Counted from the first letter of the stretch, positions 10,479 to 21,844 are shown. The stretch: 64,000 bases of DNA from Candidatus Obscuribacteraceae bacterium (GCA_044229845.1 JBGASG010000001.1:1-64000); one strand, 5' to 3'. Program-made: numbers and translations. Notes: a model not told the origin generated them from the sequence alone.

Positions 10479-13461
10479 GCGGCTGGAAGTTATAGGATTC
10501 GGTAACCTGACCGGACAGAAGATCGAGTTTGACAAGACGAAAGTCAACATCATCCTCGAGCCCAATGAGTACGGCAAATCGACGATTGCCGAGGCGATCT
10601 GGGCGATTCTTTATGACTATCCGCCTCTGGAAACGGCCAGCGAAAACGGCAACGGCAGACCGTCTCCCAAGCAGCCGCTTTCAGGCGCAGCCTTCAAAGG
10701 CTACCTCGATCTCAACATAGATGGGCGCCGGCTGCGCGTCATTCGCGATTTCGTCGAGCGCTCGGTAAAAGTGCTCGACCTGAGCAAAGACCTCGGTCGC
10801 GCTCAATCAGATGTGACCAGCGAATTCGTCACCGACACTGAGCATGGCAGTGATGTCGGACTTCTGCTGACCGGCATGGGGCGCGACCTGTTCCGCTCCA
10901 CCTGTCTGGTCGGGCAGCGCGAACTGGACAAGTTGCCGTTCGGCGGCGACCGCAGTTTGTCTTCGCTGCTTCTGCACGTCGCCGATTCGGCCGGCACCTC
11001 GACGACCGCTGCCGCTGCCATCGAGCGCTTGCAGTCATTGCTCGATGAGTTTCCCTACAAAGGCAAGACCTACAAGATGGCTGAGTTGCTCTCCGGTTTG
11101 CAGACCGGGCGCGAGATGCTGGCTGAACGCCTTTCGCAACTCGAGAGTGAGAAAAGCAACGTCAGCAAAGACCTTTTGAGACTGGCTGAATTGGATCAGC
11201 AGTTGACGGAGAAAGGCAAGCATGTGACAGCCGAGGAATATTTCCAGCTTTGCCTGGAAGTCGGCGAGCTGGATAACCGTTTGATGAAAGCCCAGGAGCG
11301 TATCTACAAGGTCGAGAACCTGCGCGCTTCGCTGGAAGAGCTGGGCAATTTCGAGCAGTTTCCGATCAATCGCCTGCGCACAGTTGAAGAAGTCTGGACG
11401 AAACGCACAGCCAGACTAGATGACATGACTCGTCTCATGGGCGAGATTGAGCATAAAGAAACCGAGGCTCGTGAGCGTGACCTGGCGTTTCGTGAACGCT
11501 CGGAGGGGCTCAGCATCTTCACCATCGAAGATGCACAGGCGCTCTTCAGTCTTGGCAAAACCCTGCAAACCGTGACGCAGGAAATTGAAGAAATCAAGCA
11601 TCGGCGGGACGGCGAAGTCAATCGCGTGCGCGCTTCCGGCGTCAATCTCGAAACTCTCAGCGGCACTCGCCGCTTGCTTCTCAGCCTGGAGTCGAAAGAC
11701 CTCGATGACGCGCACGTCTATCATGCCATGATCACCAATGCGCGCGACAAAATTTCCGAGCACCAGCGTTCAGCCTGGCGCGCCCGCACCAAGATCGACG
11801 AAATTGATGAACAGCGCACGCACTGGATCACGCTCTGTCGCAACGCCGGTATTGTTGAAGGACTGGTGATCGGTATCTCCGGACTGCTGCTCGGCACTCA
11901 GCTCTTCGCCATGCACAAGAGCCTCGGCGATCCGCCGGTGTTCTTCAGCGGCGTTGTCTTTGCTTCATTCGTGGCGTTCGGTCTGGTGACGGCAGCGTTT
12001 CTCTATTACTGGCAGAGCGTCTATTATCGCGAAGAGGAAGAAGAGTTTCTCGAAGAAGAAGAGAAACAGTCGCTTTCCGCTCAAGACCTGCAGCGCAAGA
12101 TTCTCAGCCTTGAGCAGCGCATGGAGGTTCTGGCTAAGAAAGCTGGTGTCGCCCATGGTGGCGAGCTGGTACGCTGCATTCAAGAATACGCCACCGCCGC
12201 CGCTCAGCTGAAAGACCTGGACGTCATCGAGCAGATGTGGGCTTCGCGCGACGCTCACGCCCAGAAACTGATGTCCGAAATGGCCGGTTACTTCAATCGC
12301 GCTAATCGCGGCGGTGAAGTCAACCCGCGCAGCGCGCTGGAACTTGCCGACCACATCATTCGCTTCCAGGATGACTACCGGCAATTGCAGGCGCAAAACA
12401 GCATGCTCGAGCATAAAAAGTCTGAGTTGCGTTTCTTGCACGACGAGGTGCGAGACATGGACCGCGTGCTGCATGAAGAGTTTATGAGAGCGCGTGTCGA
12501 AACTTATCAAAGCATCGACATCGGCTATGCCAACTACATGCATCTGATTGACGCGTTCCGCCGCTGGGAGGCGGCTCGCGATGAACTGACTTTGATCGAG
12601 TCTGAGACAACATCAGACATGGTGCCGGATGAGTTGCCGAAGATGATAGAACGTCTGGAAGGCAAGCGCTCGGACGTCTGGGAGCGGATGCAAGAGATCA
12701 TCATTAGAAACCCCGAAATTGCGCTCATGAAGCCACCGGTGCAAGACTCCATGGTGTCCAGCATCGGTCGCGAAATCACCAGCATGAAAAACTCACTCGA
12801 TGAGATGCGGCGTGAGCGTGAGAGCCTGTCCATCAACATCCGCGGCGCCACCAAGAACTATGACAGCTTTTATCTGAAGACCATGGAAGAGCTGGAGTCG
12901 CTGGAGCGCGACCTGGAGACACTGACTCAGACTCAAGCCAGTATCAGGTTGGCGGTCGATACTTTCAAACGACTGGCAGAACAGACACACGCTGCCTGGG
13001 CGAAGAAACTCACTGAGATCTCACGCGAGATGCTGCGTTATCTGGGCACCGATTACGAGAGCCTGGAATTCGATTCAAACCTGCGTCTTACAGTGCGCCG
13101 CAAAGGCATGCGCGATTCGCTAGGCGACTGGCAACTGGTCAATCAGGTATCCGGCGGCGTGCGCGAACAGGTGCACCTTTTGGCACGTATGGCCGTGGCT
13201 CGTTTCCTCTCTAAAGATCTGTCTTTGCCGATCGTGCTCGATGAGCCTTTCAGCGAATTCGACGATGAGCGCTTTACGCGCATCATGAAGTTCTTGCTGG
13301 CCAGCATGCTGAAGAACAACCAGATCATCCTCTTCAGTTGCCACCAGCAGCGCCATAAATGGCTGCTCAGCCAGCTCGATTTGCGGGAGCGAGATCAGGT
13401 CAACATCTGCCATCTGGAATCGCTCAAATCAGACTCCTCAGCGACCGCTGCGCGCCGCTAG
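10468..13461 (+). CDS. SMC/Rad50-like (YhaN-type) ABC ATPase with long coiled coil and two central transmembrane helices
   Basis: Start MWIERLEVIGFG. Walker A EPNEYGKST, signature VSGG, Walker B IVLDEPF, H-switch FSCH. Hydrophobic segments GIVEGLVIGISGLLLG and VFFSGVVFASFVAFGLVTAAFLYYW. Confidence 0.88.
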   Translation: MWIERLEVIGFGNLTGQKIEFDKTKVNIILEPNEYGKSTIAEAIWAILYDYPPLETASENGNGRPSPKQPLSGAAFKGYLDLNIDGRRLRVIRDFVERSVKVLDLSKDLGRAQSDVTSEFVTDTEHGSDVGLLLTGMGRDLFRSTCLVGQRELDKLPFGGDRSLSSLLLHVADSAGTSTTAAAAIERLQSLLDEFPYKGKTYKMAELLSGLQTGREMLAERLSQLESEKSNVSKDLLRLAELDQQLTEKGKHVTAEEYFQLCLEVGELDNRLMKAQERIYKVENLRASLEELGNFEQFPINRLRTVEEVWTKRTARLDDMTRLMGEIEHKETEARERDLAFRERSEGLSIFTIEDAQALFSLGKTLQTVTQEIEEIKHRRDGEVNRVRASGVNLETLSGTRRLLLSLESKDLDDAHVYHAMITNARDKISEHQRSAWRARTKIDEIDEQRTHWITLCRNAGIVEGLVIGISGLLLGTQLFAMHKSLGDPPVFFSGVVFASFVAFGLVTAAFLYYWQSVYYREEEEEFLEEEEKQSLSAQDLQRKILSLEQRMEVLAKKAGVAHGGELVRCIQEYATAAAQLKDLDVIEQMWASRDAHAQKLMSEMAGYFNRANRGGEVNPRSALELADHIIRFQDDYRQLQAQNSMLEHKKSELRFLHDEVRDMDRVLHEEFMRARVETYQSIDIGYANYMHLIDAFRRWEAARDELTLIESETTSDMVPDELPKMIERLEGKRSDVWERMQEIIIRNPEIALMKPPVQDSMVSSIGREITSMKNSLDEMRRERESLSINIRGATKNYDSFYLKTMEELESLERDLETLTQTQASIRLAVDTFKRLAEQTHAAWAKKLTEISREMLRYLGTDYESLEFDSNLRLTVRRKGMRDSLGDWQLVNQVSGGVREQVHLLARMAVARFLSKDLSLPIVLDEPFSEFDDERFTRIMKFLLASMLKNNQIILFSCHQQRHKWLLSQLDLRERDQVNICHLESLKSDSSATAARR

Positions 13462-13476
13462 GCTGAACGAGCGGTA

Positions 13477-14121
13477 TCAATCGTTAGCTGCCGGCTGCGG
13501 ACGCGGTGGAACTGTCTGGTTGCACAACGGAGCAATCTCTTCCATGAGCTTCCAGGTTACCGCTTCCAGGTCGGTGGAATATTCGATGGGCTTGCCGATA
13601 TTGACGATCCATTTGCCGTTCTTGTCCTGAGTGCCGATGATGCCCACCGGCAGCAGCGGAACTTTGTTGCTTTTGGCGAAGTATGCCGGTCCCAGATGCG
13701 GTTGGCCGAGCACGCCTGGATTTTTGTTGCGCGTGCCTTCGATGAACATCCCCAGGTTCCACCCGGCTTTGAACATCTCTTTGACTGCTTTAAATGTCGA
13801 CGGCTCCGGCTTTTCGCGGTCGATGCTGATGGCGCCGTAAGCGAGGATCAGCCAGCGGACAAACCAGTGCTGCTGAAACAGTTCGATCTTAGCCAGGTAT
13901 GCCATCGGCTCGTCCACGGCGTGAGAAATGAGCGGCGGGTCCCAGTTGCTCAGATGATTCGCTACGGCAATGAAAGAGCGGTCTTTGGGCACGTTTTCGC
14001 GCCCGTGTACCTCGAGTCTGTTGCGTATGCCGAACCAGGTGCCAAAGAAATACCTGGCGCTCAGGCGATAGCGCAGCGTGTTGTGAGGTTTGTAGGACTT
14101 AGGGTCGAAGAGGGTCGGCAT
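13477..14121 (-). CDS. plsC: 1-acyl-sn-glycerol-3-phosphate acyltransferase
   Basis: NHLSNWD (HX4D) and FIEGTR motifs. Confidence 0.92.
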   Translation of the reverse strand: MPTLFDPKSYKPHNTLRYRLSARYFFGTWFGIRNRLEVHGRENVPKDRSFIAVANHLSNWDPPLISHAVDEPMAYLAKIELFQQHWFVRWLILAYGAISIDREKPEPSTFKAVKEMFKAGWNLGMFIEGTRNKNPGVLGQPHLGPAYFAKSNKVPLLPVGIIGTQDKNGKWIVNIGKPIEYSTDLEAVTWKLMEEIAPLCNQTVPPRPQPAAND

Positions 14122-14127
14122 CGCTCG

Positions 14128-15492
14128 CTATTGCGGCTTAGATGACGCTTGCTGACGTGGCAACGAGATGCGGACGATCGAGTTGTCTTCCTGCTGGCTG
14201 ACGTAGAGATTGCCTTCGCGATCCAGAGTCAGGTAATAGGGCTTGCGCAGGTTGGTGGCAATCACTGTCGAGACGCCGGCCGGATTGATGCGAGCGACTG
14301 TGCCGTTGTTGTAATTGGCGACGTACAGGTTGCCCAGTTCGTCCACTGCCAGTCCGATTGGTCCACGCAGGTTGACGCCGCTGCTGAACTGGGTGCGCGA
14401 CCCGTCGGCCGAAATGCGGTCGACAGTGTTGGTCATGAAGTTGGCGACGTAGAGGTTGCCGGAGCGGTCGAAAGCCAGCCCCGCCGGAGCATTGAAGCCG
14501 GTGGCGATGACGCGCAAGGTGGTGTTGGCGAGCACCGGAACCGGGCTGCCGGAGCTGGGCGCGGGCGCGATGGTGGCTACCTGAGCTGGTTGTTGCGCCG
14601 GCGGCTGGTAGGACATCTGCGGCGGTTGTTGCGGCGGTTGCGCAGTGTACGCAGGCTGCTGTGCCGGCGGCTGCGCGAAGTCTCCGCCACCGTAAGCTGG
14701 TTGTGTTCCATAACCGTTGCTCACCGCCGGTGGTGCAGGCTGTTGTGCTTGCGATGGCGGAATGAAGGCTTGCGGATTGCCGTAGCTGGGTTGAGATGGG
14801 CTGCCATAGCTGGGTTGGGTGGTGCCGGTGTAGGCGGAACTCGGATTTGCGCCGTAACCAGGTTGCACCGCTGGTGGTGTCGGTTGCTGTTGTGGCGTTT
14901 GCAGCGCCGGGGTGGCAGGCTGTTGCGCACTGGTCACGGGCGGTGCATCGAATGTGGTGCCGTAGGCCGGCTGCGTGCTGCCTGCACCCTGGGCTGAGTT
15001 CATGGTGGCGAGTCGGCGTTGAGAATCGGAGAAATGTACATTGTTGGGGGCGATAGCGTTGAAGTGCGCCCGCGCTTCGGAGAAGCGACCCATGTCGAAC
15101 AATATGACGCCGATCTGGTAGTGAGCGTCGGGATCGGTGGGTTTCAGGCGCAGCACTTCTTCGTAGCGAGGAATGGCGTCACGGAAGCGCTTCTGAGACT
15201 GATAGATGACTGCCAGGTTGTATTGCGCATCGGCGAGGTTGGGGTCGATGTCGCAGGCGCGTTTGAAGAAGATGATTGCCGACTCGGGGCTGCCTTGCCT
15301 GAATGCGGTTAGACCGAGGTTGTAAAGGCTTACGGCTCTGGGGTTTTGTCCAGTTGCTCCGCCGCTCGTGATTTTGCCGCCTCTGGGGTCGTCCTGGGCG
15401 GCGGCAGGCAGCCCTGGCGCCAGATTAAACGCCAGAACGGACAGCAGTGCGCTGACCAATACGGTGGTTCTCTTCGCGAATACGTCGCTCAT
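14128..15492 (-). CDS. Exported TPR protein with Pro/Gln linker and C-terminal NHL-type beta-propeller repeats
   Basis: Signal peptide, three TPRs, and repeats of PxGLAxDxxGNLYVAN. Confidence 0.85.
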   Translation of the reverse strand: MSDVFAKRTTVLVSALLSVLAFNLAPGLPAAAQDDPRGGKITSGGATGQNPRAVSLYNLGLTAFRQGSPESAIIFFKRACDIDPNLADAQYNLAVIYQSQKRFRDAIPRYEEVLRLKPTDPDAHYQIGVILFDMGRFSEARAHFNAIAPNNVHFSDSQRRLATMNSAQGAGSTQPAYGTTFDAPPVTSAQQPATPALQTPQQQPTPPAVQPGYGANPSSAYTGTTQPSYGSPSQPSYGNPQAFIPPSQAQQPAPPAVSNGYGTQPAYGGGDFAQPPAQQPAYTAQPPQQPPQMSYQPPAQQPAQVATIAPAPSSGSPVPVLANTTLRVIATGFNAPAGLAFDRSGNLYVANFMTNTVDRISADGSRTQFSSGVNLRGPIGLAVDELGNLYVANYNNGTVARINPAGVSTVIATNLRKPYYLTLDREGNLYVSQQEDNSIVRISLPRQQASSKPQ

Positions 15493-15697
15493 TCCTGCGG
15501 CTCCGTCCTAAATTGTCGAGGTTGCTCGTTACTCAGCATATCCGGAATTGAAGGTTCCGGCTGAGTGCTCTGAAGTAGCGCTGACCGCCAACTGCGGTGA
15601 TGTCGCCCCTTTTCGGGTATAGATGTAATAGTAAACGTTTTTGTACATCCCTTCATGCAATGGTTATCATCTGGAAACCCCGGAGAAAGGCTGAACG

Positions 15698-16120
15698 ATG
15701 CGGACACTCGGGCACATAATCACCTCGGCGGGCGTGGGGCTGGCGACCTATCACCGTTACAAATCGGCACCGGCTGCGGTCGCAAGCTTTCTGGCGGGAT
15801 GGATGATCGATATCGATCATCTGTTTGATTATGTCCTTCCGCTCCACTCGTATGAATTATTGGCGGTACTCTGGATATTGCTGCGCAAAGAGCACCATCG
15901 TCCTTACCGCAACGGCATCACGCTTTCTATCCTGACTCATCTATTGCTGGATCAAAAATGTAATCCCTGTCGCCGTCCGGCCACCTATTTCCTCGCTCAC
16001 CGCATTCGGCAGCAATTTGATGCGACCAAAATCCTCTCGCTGGCCGAGCTGGCACCATCGGTAGTGCCAATGCCTGCGACCGCTCGCAATTTGCTGTCGC
16101 ACGCCGCTCCACGCAAGTAG
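15698..16120 (+). CDS. Putative membrane-associated metal-dependent hydrolase-like protein, possibly internally deleted
   Basis: GH...DIDH...LHSYE...HLLLD motif series set in hydrophobic helices. Confidence 0.55.
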   Translation: MRTLGHIITSAGVGLATYHRYKSAPAAVASFLAGWMIDIDHLFDYVLPLHSYELLAVLWILLRKEHHRPYRNGITLSILTHLLLDQKCNPCRRPATYFLAHRIRQQFDATKILSLAELAPSVVPMPATARNLLSHAAPRK

Positions 16121-16318
16121 AGGCGGTGGTCGCGACCGGTCCCCGAATGGCGCCTGGAAAAAAGTTCCGGTATAGCGTAACTGGTTCGAGACTGGCAAAA
16201 AAGGTCTGTGACTGCCGAAACAGTCTAGGGCTGCAGGTTTCGGTCGATGCCGCTTTCCGTACAGCTGCGCATGACAATCCCGGTATTCCGGGACAATTTC
16301 CCAGGTGACGATCGGGCA

Positions 16319-17449
16319 CTACTGGGCCGCCAGTACTTGCAGGCATTGATTGGCAATTGCCATGTTTTCCTGAGCCTTGATCACCAAGACCTTCATGCGC
16401 GACGCTGGGGAGGAAACAACTCCATCATTGCGCGTGCTGCGGTTGGTTTCTTCGTCCAGAGCCAGTCCGAGAAACGATAACTGGTCGCATATCTGCTTTC
16501 GAATCGCAGTCGCATTTTCTCCGATGCCGCCCGTGAAAATTAAAGTATCAGCACCATTCATGGTGGCAATGGCCGCGCCGATTTCACAACCCAGACGATA
16601 GACGAAAATATCGATGGACAGTCGGCTGCGTTCGTCACCCTGATCTGCTAGATCGAGCAGGGTGCGCATATCATTCGACTTGCCCGAGATACCCAGAAGC
16701 CCGGATTTTTTGTTGAGCACATCATCTAAATCTTTTTGAGAAACCAGTCCCGAGTTGAGTGCATAGACCAGAATTCCCGGATCAACGCTGCCGCTGCGAG
16801 TGCCCATGACCAGCCCTTCCAGCGGCGTATACCCCATCGATGTGTAGACGCTGCGGTTATCGATCAGTCCGGTTACCGAACAACCATTGCCGAGATGGCA
16901 GCTGATCACGCGCAAGTTGGCAGTGCCCAAAATCACCGCCGCTCGTTGCGCTACATATTCATGATTTATGCCGTGAAATCCATATCGCTGAATGCCATGC
17001 TCTTCGTACCAGCTGTATGGCAGCGCATATATAGCTCGTTCCGGCGGCAAGTCAGCGTGCGCGGCCGTATCGAAAACAGCAATCTGCGGGCAATCGGGCA
17101 GTCGCCGGCGAGCCAGACGGATGCCCGCCAATCCCGCCGGGTTATGCAGTGGTGCCAGCTCGCAAAGCCGTTCGATCTCTGCCACTACATCTTCGGTGAT
17201 CAACGTGGATTGTCGAAACTTGCGCCCGCCATGTACAACCCGGTGTCCGACCATAGACACATCTTTAAGCGGAACACGCTGATCCAGATCGGCGAGCTGT
17301 TCGTTCAGCACCGTTTCGCGATCGCGTCCTTTCAGGTCTTGACTGGACTCCCAGACCGCCTGCGAATTGACCCTGTCGCGGTCGACGGCAAACAGTGACA
17401 ACTTGTTGGTTGAAGAACCGATGTTAAAGACTAATATGTAGTTGGTCAT
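16319..17449 (-). CDS. ackA: Acetate kinase
   Basis: Motifs NIGSST, GHRVVHGG, LAPLHNP, YGFHG, CHLGNG, EGLVMGTRSG and FTGGIGEN. Start taken at MTNYIL. Confidence 0.96.
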   Translation of the reverse strand: MTNYILVFNIGSSTNKLSLFAVDRDRVNSQAVWESSQDLKGRDRETVLNEQLADLDQRVPLKDVSMVGHRVVHGGRKFRQSTLITEDVVAEIERLCELAPLHNPAGLAGIRLARRRLPDCPQIAVFDTAAHADLPPERAIYALPYSWYEEHGIQRYGFHGINHEYVAQRAAVILGTANLRVISCHLGNGCSVTGLIDNRSVYTSMGYTPLEGLVMGTRSGSVDPGILVYALNSGLVSQKDLDDVLNKKSGLLGISGKSNDMRTLLDLADQGDERSRLSIDIFVYRLGCEIGAAIATMNGADTLIFTGGIGENATAIRKQICDQLSFLGLALDEETNRSTRNDGVVSSPASRMKVLVIKAQENMAIANQCLQVLAAQ

Positions 17450-17571
17450 CAGAGTTTCTTGACTGTAGCCGCTTGAAGGCTTGGTACAGAAAATGGGAAC
17501 GGTTCCCATGGTTTGCCAATCTCGCGGATCTCTCGTAAGTATAGAAGAGACGAATGAGGAGAACTCAAAAC

Positions 17572-17910
17572 ATGTCCTGTAACACACACCAGGGTCACGA
17601 CCATCAACACGGAGCCGGTTGCGGGCACGCCGCCGTACGTCACGACGATCACGAATGCTACCTGCACGATGACCATCTGCATCATCAGCACGGCGACCAT
17701 GTGGACGAACACCAGATCAGCGTTGGTGCGGACAATCAAGCAGAATGCACGTCCGGTCACGAATGTGCGGACCACGGCCAAGACCACAAGCATGCAGCCA
17801 ATTGCGGGCACGCAGCGGTTCCCCATGGCGACCATGTTGATTACCTTGTAAACGGTCATTTGCATCATGCTTGTGGCGGACACTGCGATAATCACGGGGC
17901 GCTCAGCTAG
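17572..17910 (+). CDS. Small His/Cys-rich putative metal-binding protein with internal duplication
   Basis: GAGGAG RBS. 112 aa with 26 His and 8 Cys. Two copies of DHxHxxxCGHAAVxHxDHxxYLxxxHLHH. Confidence 0.85.
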   Translation: MSCNTHQGHDHQHGAGCGHAAVRHDDHECYLHDDHLHHQHGDHVDEHQISVGADNQAECTSGHECADHGQDHKHAANCGHAAVPHGDHVDYLVNGHLHHACGGHCDNHGALS

Positions 17911-17957
17911 AGACGAGTCAAACGACTGCCACCAGATTCGGTGGCGCAGCAGATGTG

Positions 17958-17987
17958 AAAAGAGCCGGACTTTCGCCCGGCTCTTTT
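17958..17987. terminator. Bidirectional intrinsic terminator
   Basis: AAAAGAGCCGG-actttcgc-CCGGCTCTTTT between the convergent His-rich gene and rpoC2. Confidence 0.85.
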
Positions 17988-18017
17988 GATTTCTGATTGT
18001 GTTCAGCAGTTGCGGAA

Positions 18018-21000
18018 TTACGGAGCGGTGAAGCTGCCTTCGCCGATCGGAGGATAGATATCTTCTTCCTCTTCTTCCTCTTCCGGAGCGACGCCGTGAC
18101 CGGGGAAGCCTGTTCCGGCTGGGATCAGACGACCGATGATGACGTTTTCCTTCAAGCCGCGCAGCCAGTCTTTCTTCCCTTCCACAGCCGCTTCGGTGAG
18201 GATACGGGTGGTTTCTTGGAATGACGCTGCCGAGATGAAGCTCTCCGTGTTCAACGAAGCCTTGGTGATACCGAGCAATACGGAGGTCACTTTCGCTTCT
18301 GTTGTGCCGGTTTGGCGGGCTTTCTCGTTTTCATGGTCAGCCGAGAAGCGCTCGAGCAATTCACCCGGCAACAAAATTGTGTCGCCTGGATCGTCGACGC
18401 GCACTTTGCGGGTCATCTGACGCACGATAACTTCGATGTGTTTGTCGGCGATGTCCACACCTTGAGAGCGGTACACAGCCTGCACTTCGTCCACCAGGAA
18501 TTTCTGAGCGGCTTCGATGTTGAGCAAGCGCACGATGTCGTGCGGATTGGCTGGACCGTCTGTCAATGCCTTGCCGACAGTGATTTGTTCGCCTTCTTCC
18601 ACAATGATGTTGAGTCCGGCCGGCACAATGATCTCTTCCTCGACGCCTTCCGCATACACGATGTAGAGGCGGCTGGAATCGTCTTCGGTGGTGATCTTGG
18701 CGCGACCCGGCTTCTCAGCCAGAATGGCGCTTTCTTTCGGTTTGCGAGCTTCCAACAGTTCTTCGACTCTCGGCAGACCCTGGACGATGTCCCCGGTCTT
18801 CTGGCGTTCGAAGATCAGTGTGGCGAGCAAGTCGCCCCGTTGCACCAGCGCTCCGTCGTCGCACTGCAGTTGGGTGTTGGCCGCGATCAGATATGGTCTG
18901 CCGCGGCGCAGTTTTACTTCACTGCCGTCGACCTTGACCACTTGACCGGAGTGCAAGGCTTCTGTCTGCTTGGAGATCGGGTCGGCGTTGCGTACGATGT
19001 CGCCTTCTTTGACCGTGACGGCGCCCTTGCATTTCTGCACGAACTGCTGTTCTTCGGTGATCAACAGCAAGCGGCGTTCGTCCGACTTCGAAAGTTGCAC
19101 GCGGGCAGCGCTCTTGGTGAGCACTTGCGTGGTGGCGACCGGTGCTGCCGGAGGAATCACCATGCCTGGTTCAACTTGCAACAAGGTAACGTTGAGATCG
19201 CTGTCGCGGCGCAAGAGGATGGTTTCTTGAACGACGATGTTCATTTCCTCTTCGATTTCGACAAGTCCCTTCAGTTGCGCCAGTGCGCCTTGCAGTTGCA
19301 GCACCAGACTGGTTCTGGTCAACTGGGCGCCTTGCAGGTGGCGAACTTTTTCGCGGTCGCGGAAGAGCAACTGCGTGACCGGACGCAACGAGATTTTTTC
19401 ATCCGATGCGCGGTACTTGAACTTGGTTTCTTTCGGTTCCACCCAGAACTCGAAGACCGGACGCACCAATATTTGATTGGTGCCGTCTTCGCGCTCGATG
19501 AACGAAACCATTTTGCGCTCGTTGGCTTTGTAGCCCGGCAGGATTTCGGTGCCGGATTCGACAATCTCGCCGTCGTTGACTTTGATTTCTTCCAGCGACT
19601 CAACCGGAACCAGGTCGCCTGGACGGATGATTACTTCGTGGATGATGTCGTTGTCGGCGACGATTTCGATGATGCCTTCGAGGTGTGCGAAGACGTCTTT
19701 GACGACTTCCTGTCCGGCTGTCACCAGTTCGCCCGATTCGCTCATCTTCAAGGAGATGTCTTTGGAGATGAAGTGCGTTTCTTCAGGAACGAAGAGCACT
19801 TTGCCCGGCTTGGTGACGACGCGGCGGTCATCGGTTTCGACGCCGTCGTAGATGATCTCTCCGCCGGAGGTGACGGCGTTGATACCGTCATCAACCAGTT
19901 CGGCGATGATCTTGCCGTTTTCCACCGATTCGCCGTTGACGACTTTAATCGTGTAGGCTTCTTTGGTTTTGCTGACTTTCCATGAATAGCCTTGCTTGGC
20001 GCCTTCCAGCTTGGCGTTGCCGGCACCGACCGAAGCGATGACGACGTTCAACTCCTTACCTTTGATAAGGCGCGTCGCTGTTTTGCGGCCGCTCTTCACG
20101 GTTTCGGTTTCGATGTCCGGACCGAAACGCACTTCGCCGCCGTGTTCGGTGGTGATGGTGATTTCAGCCAGCACATCGTGTCCATTCACTTCCTGTCCGT
20201 CTTTGACGACGACATGAGCGCCGGACGGCAGGTTGTACACGTCGCCTTCCAGGACCCAGATGATACCGGAGCGGTTGGCTGTGCGTGAGATGTTGCCCTG
20301 ACGGTCGCGTTTTTCATCAGAGTGGAAACCCTGGAAGCTGATACGACCGGAGACGCCGGCGGTAATATCCTTGGTGGCGCGTTCGGTGAGAGCTTTCTTT
20401 TTACCCGGCGGATCGTATTCAGCCAGCACTTGTCCGGCTTTCACTTCCGCCCCTGCGGGTACGTAGACTAGGGCGCCCGCCGGTACGTTGACGGTGGCTT
20501 CTTTCTTGCCGTCGCTGACGGTGATTTTGCCGTCGCGGGTCAGTTGTTCCACCACGTCGCCGTAAGCGGTGCGGTATTGGCGACCGGGGATTTTGAAGGC
20601 CACGGTGCCGGCCTGCGGTGCTTTCACCTGAGTACGACCGCCGCCGGTGGCAACCGCGCCGCCGGTGTGGAATGTTCTCATGGTCAGCTGGGTACCAGGT
20701 TCACCGATTGATTGGGCGGCGATAATGCCGATTGCTTCGCCGGTGTCGACCATCTTGTTGGTGGTCAGTGAGAAACCGTAGCAGCGCTGGCAAACGCCAT
20801 ATTGGCTTTCGCAAGTCAAAGGCGAACGCACCATAACAAAAGGTACGCCGGCCTTTTCCAGTTTGGCGGCTGCCGCGCGATCGAGAATTTCGTGGGCGCG
20901 TGCCATGACTTCACCGGTTTCCGGGTGCACGGCATCTTCTGCCAGGCTTCTGCCGTTGGCGCGCTCGGAGAGCTTGACCAGCGTCTTGTCGCCTTCTTTG

Positions 21001-21695
21001 ATCGGCGCCATCTTGATGCCGTGGGTGGTTTTGCAGTCGAGATCGCGGACGATCACGTCTTGCGCAACGTCGACCAGACGGCGTGTCAGATATCCCGAGT
21101 CGGCTGTTTTCAGAGCTGTGTCGACCAGACCCTTACGGGCGCCGTACGACGAGATGATGTACTCAGTGACGCTGAGACCTTCGCGGAAGTTGGCTTTAAT
21201 CGGCAAGTCGATGATCTGACCTTGAGAGTCAGCCATCAAGCCCCGCATACCGACCAACTGACGAACTTGCGAGATGTTACCTCTGGCGCCCGAGAACGCC
21301 ATCATGTACACCGGATTCAGTTTGTCGAAGTTGTCGACCACTTCCTTGGTGAGCAGTTCGGTGGTGGCGGACCACGTGTCGATCACTTTGTTATAGCGTT
21401 CGACTTCGGTGATTTCGCCGCGCTCGTAGCGGCGCTGCGCTTCTTCGATTTCTTTCTCGGCGCTGGAGATCAAGCCTTTCTTGGTCTCCGGAACGTCCAG
21501 ATCGTCGATCGAGATTGTCACACCGGCTTTGGTGGCGAATTTGAAGCCAAGATCCTTCAGTGAGTTGGCCAGTTCTGCCGAGCAGGCCGTGCCATAGCGC
21601 TCGTAAACTTCGGCCAGGAGGGCGCCGAGTTTCTTCTTGTCCATGGTGTGGTTGATGAATTCAAACGGTTCGTATTTCTTCGTGCTGCTAACCAT
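18018..21695 (-). CDS. rpoC2: RNA polymerase beta-prime C-terminal part (cyanobacterial-type RpoC2)
   Basis: Bridge helix [35 protein letters not shown] followed by a large SI3-type insertion, and [20 protein letters not shown] lies before MVSSTKK. Confidence 0.97.
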   Translation of the reverse strand: MVSSTKKYEPFEFINHTMDKKKLGALLAEVYERYGTACSAELANSLKDLGFKFATKAGVTISIDDLDVPETKKGLISSAEKEIEEAQRRYERGEITEVERYNKVIDTWSATTELLTKEVVDNFDKLNPVYMMAFSGARGNISQVRQLVGMRGLMADSQGQIIDLPIKANFREGLSVTEYIISSYGARKGLVDTALKTADSGYLTRRLVDVAQDVIVRDLDCKTTHGIKMAPIKEGDKTLVKLSERANGRSLAEDAVHPETGEVMARAHEILDRAAAAKLEKAGVPFVMVRSPLTCESQYGVCQRCYGFSLTTNKMVDTGEAIGIIAAQSIGEPGTQLTMRTFHTGGAVATGGGRTQVKAPQAGTVAFKIPGRQYRTAYGDVVEQLTRDGKITVSDGKKEATVNVPAGALVYVPAGAEVKAGQVLAEYDPPGKKKALTERATKDITAGVSGRISFQGFHSDEKRDRQGNISRTANRSGIIWVLEGDVYNLPSGAHVVVKDGQEVNGHDVLAEITITTEHGGEVRFGPDIETETVKSGRKTATRLIKGKELNVVIASVGAGNAKLEGAKQGYSWKVSKTKEAYTIKVVNGESVENGKIIAELVDDGINAVTSGGEIIYDGVETDDRRVVTKPGKVLFVPEETHFISKDISLKMSESGELVTAGQEVVKDVFAHLEGIIEIVADNDIIHEVIIRPGDLVPVESLEEIKVNDGEIVESGTEILPGYKANERKMVSFIEREDGTNQILVRPVFEFWVEPKETKFKYRASDEKISLRPVTQLLFRDREKVRHLQGAQLTRTSLVLQLQGALAQLKGLVEIEEEMNIVVQETILLRRDSDLNVTLLQVEPGMVIPPAAPVATTQVLTKSAARVQLSKSDERRLLLITEEQQFVQKCKGAVTVKEGDIVRNADPISKQTEALHSGQVVKVDGSEVKLRRGRPYLIAANTQLQCDDGALVQRGDLLATLIFERQKTGDIVQGLPRVEELLEARKPKESAILAEKPGRAKITTEDDSSRLYIVYAEGVEEEIIVPAGLNIIVEEGEQITVGKALTDGPANPHDIVRLLNIEAAQKFLVDEVQAVYRSQGVDIADKHIEVIVRQMTRKVRVDDPGDTILLPGELLERFSADHENEKARQTGTTEAKVTSVLLGITKASLNTESFISAASFQETTRILTEAAVEGKKDWLRGLKENVIIGRLIPAGTGFPGHGVAPEEEEEEEDIYPPIGEGSFTAP

Positions 21696-21844
21696 TTTTC
21701 CCTCTGTGTTCCTTGTTTCCCGGAGCGACTCGCCTTTGCGCGTCTGGCGTGCCAATTGACGTGCTGATTGGTGGCTTATTTTTGATTGCCGGCTTACGCT
21801 CTCAGGTAACTAACTGCGAATGCGAACTTCGAACTGCTGGACTG

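Noticed and set aside
15622..15649. GATGTA-N16-TACATC as an NtcA site
   Set aside because: The spacing does not fit GTA-N8-TAC, and 6-bp arms are weak evidence.
21696..21844. rpoC break as a frameshift or pseudogene
   Set aside because: The split point, the separate RBS and the spacer match the genuine rpoC1/rpoC2 arrangement.
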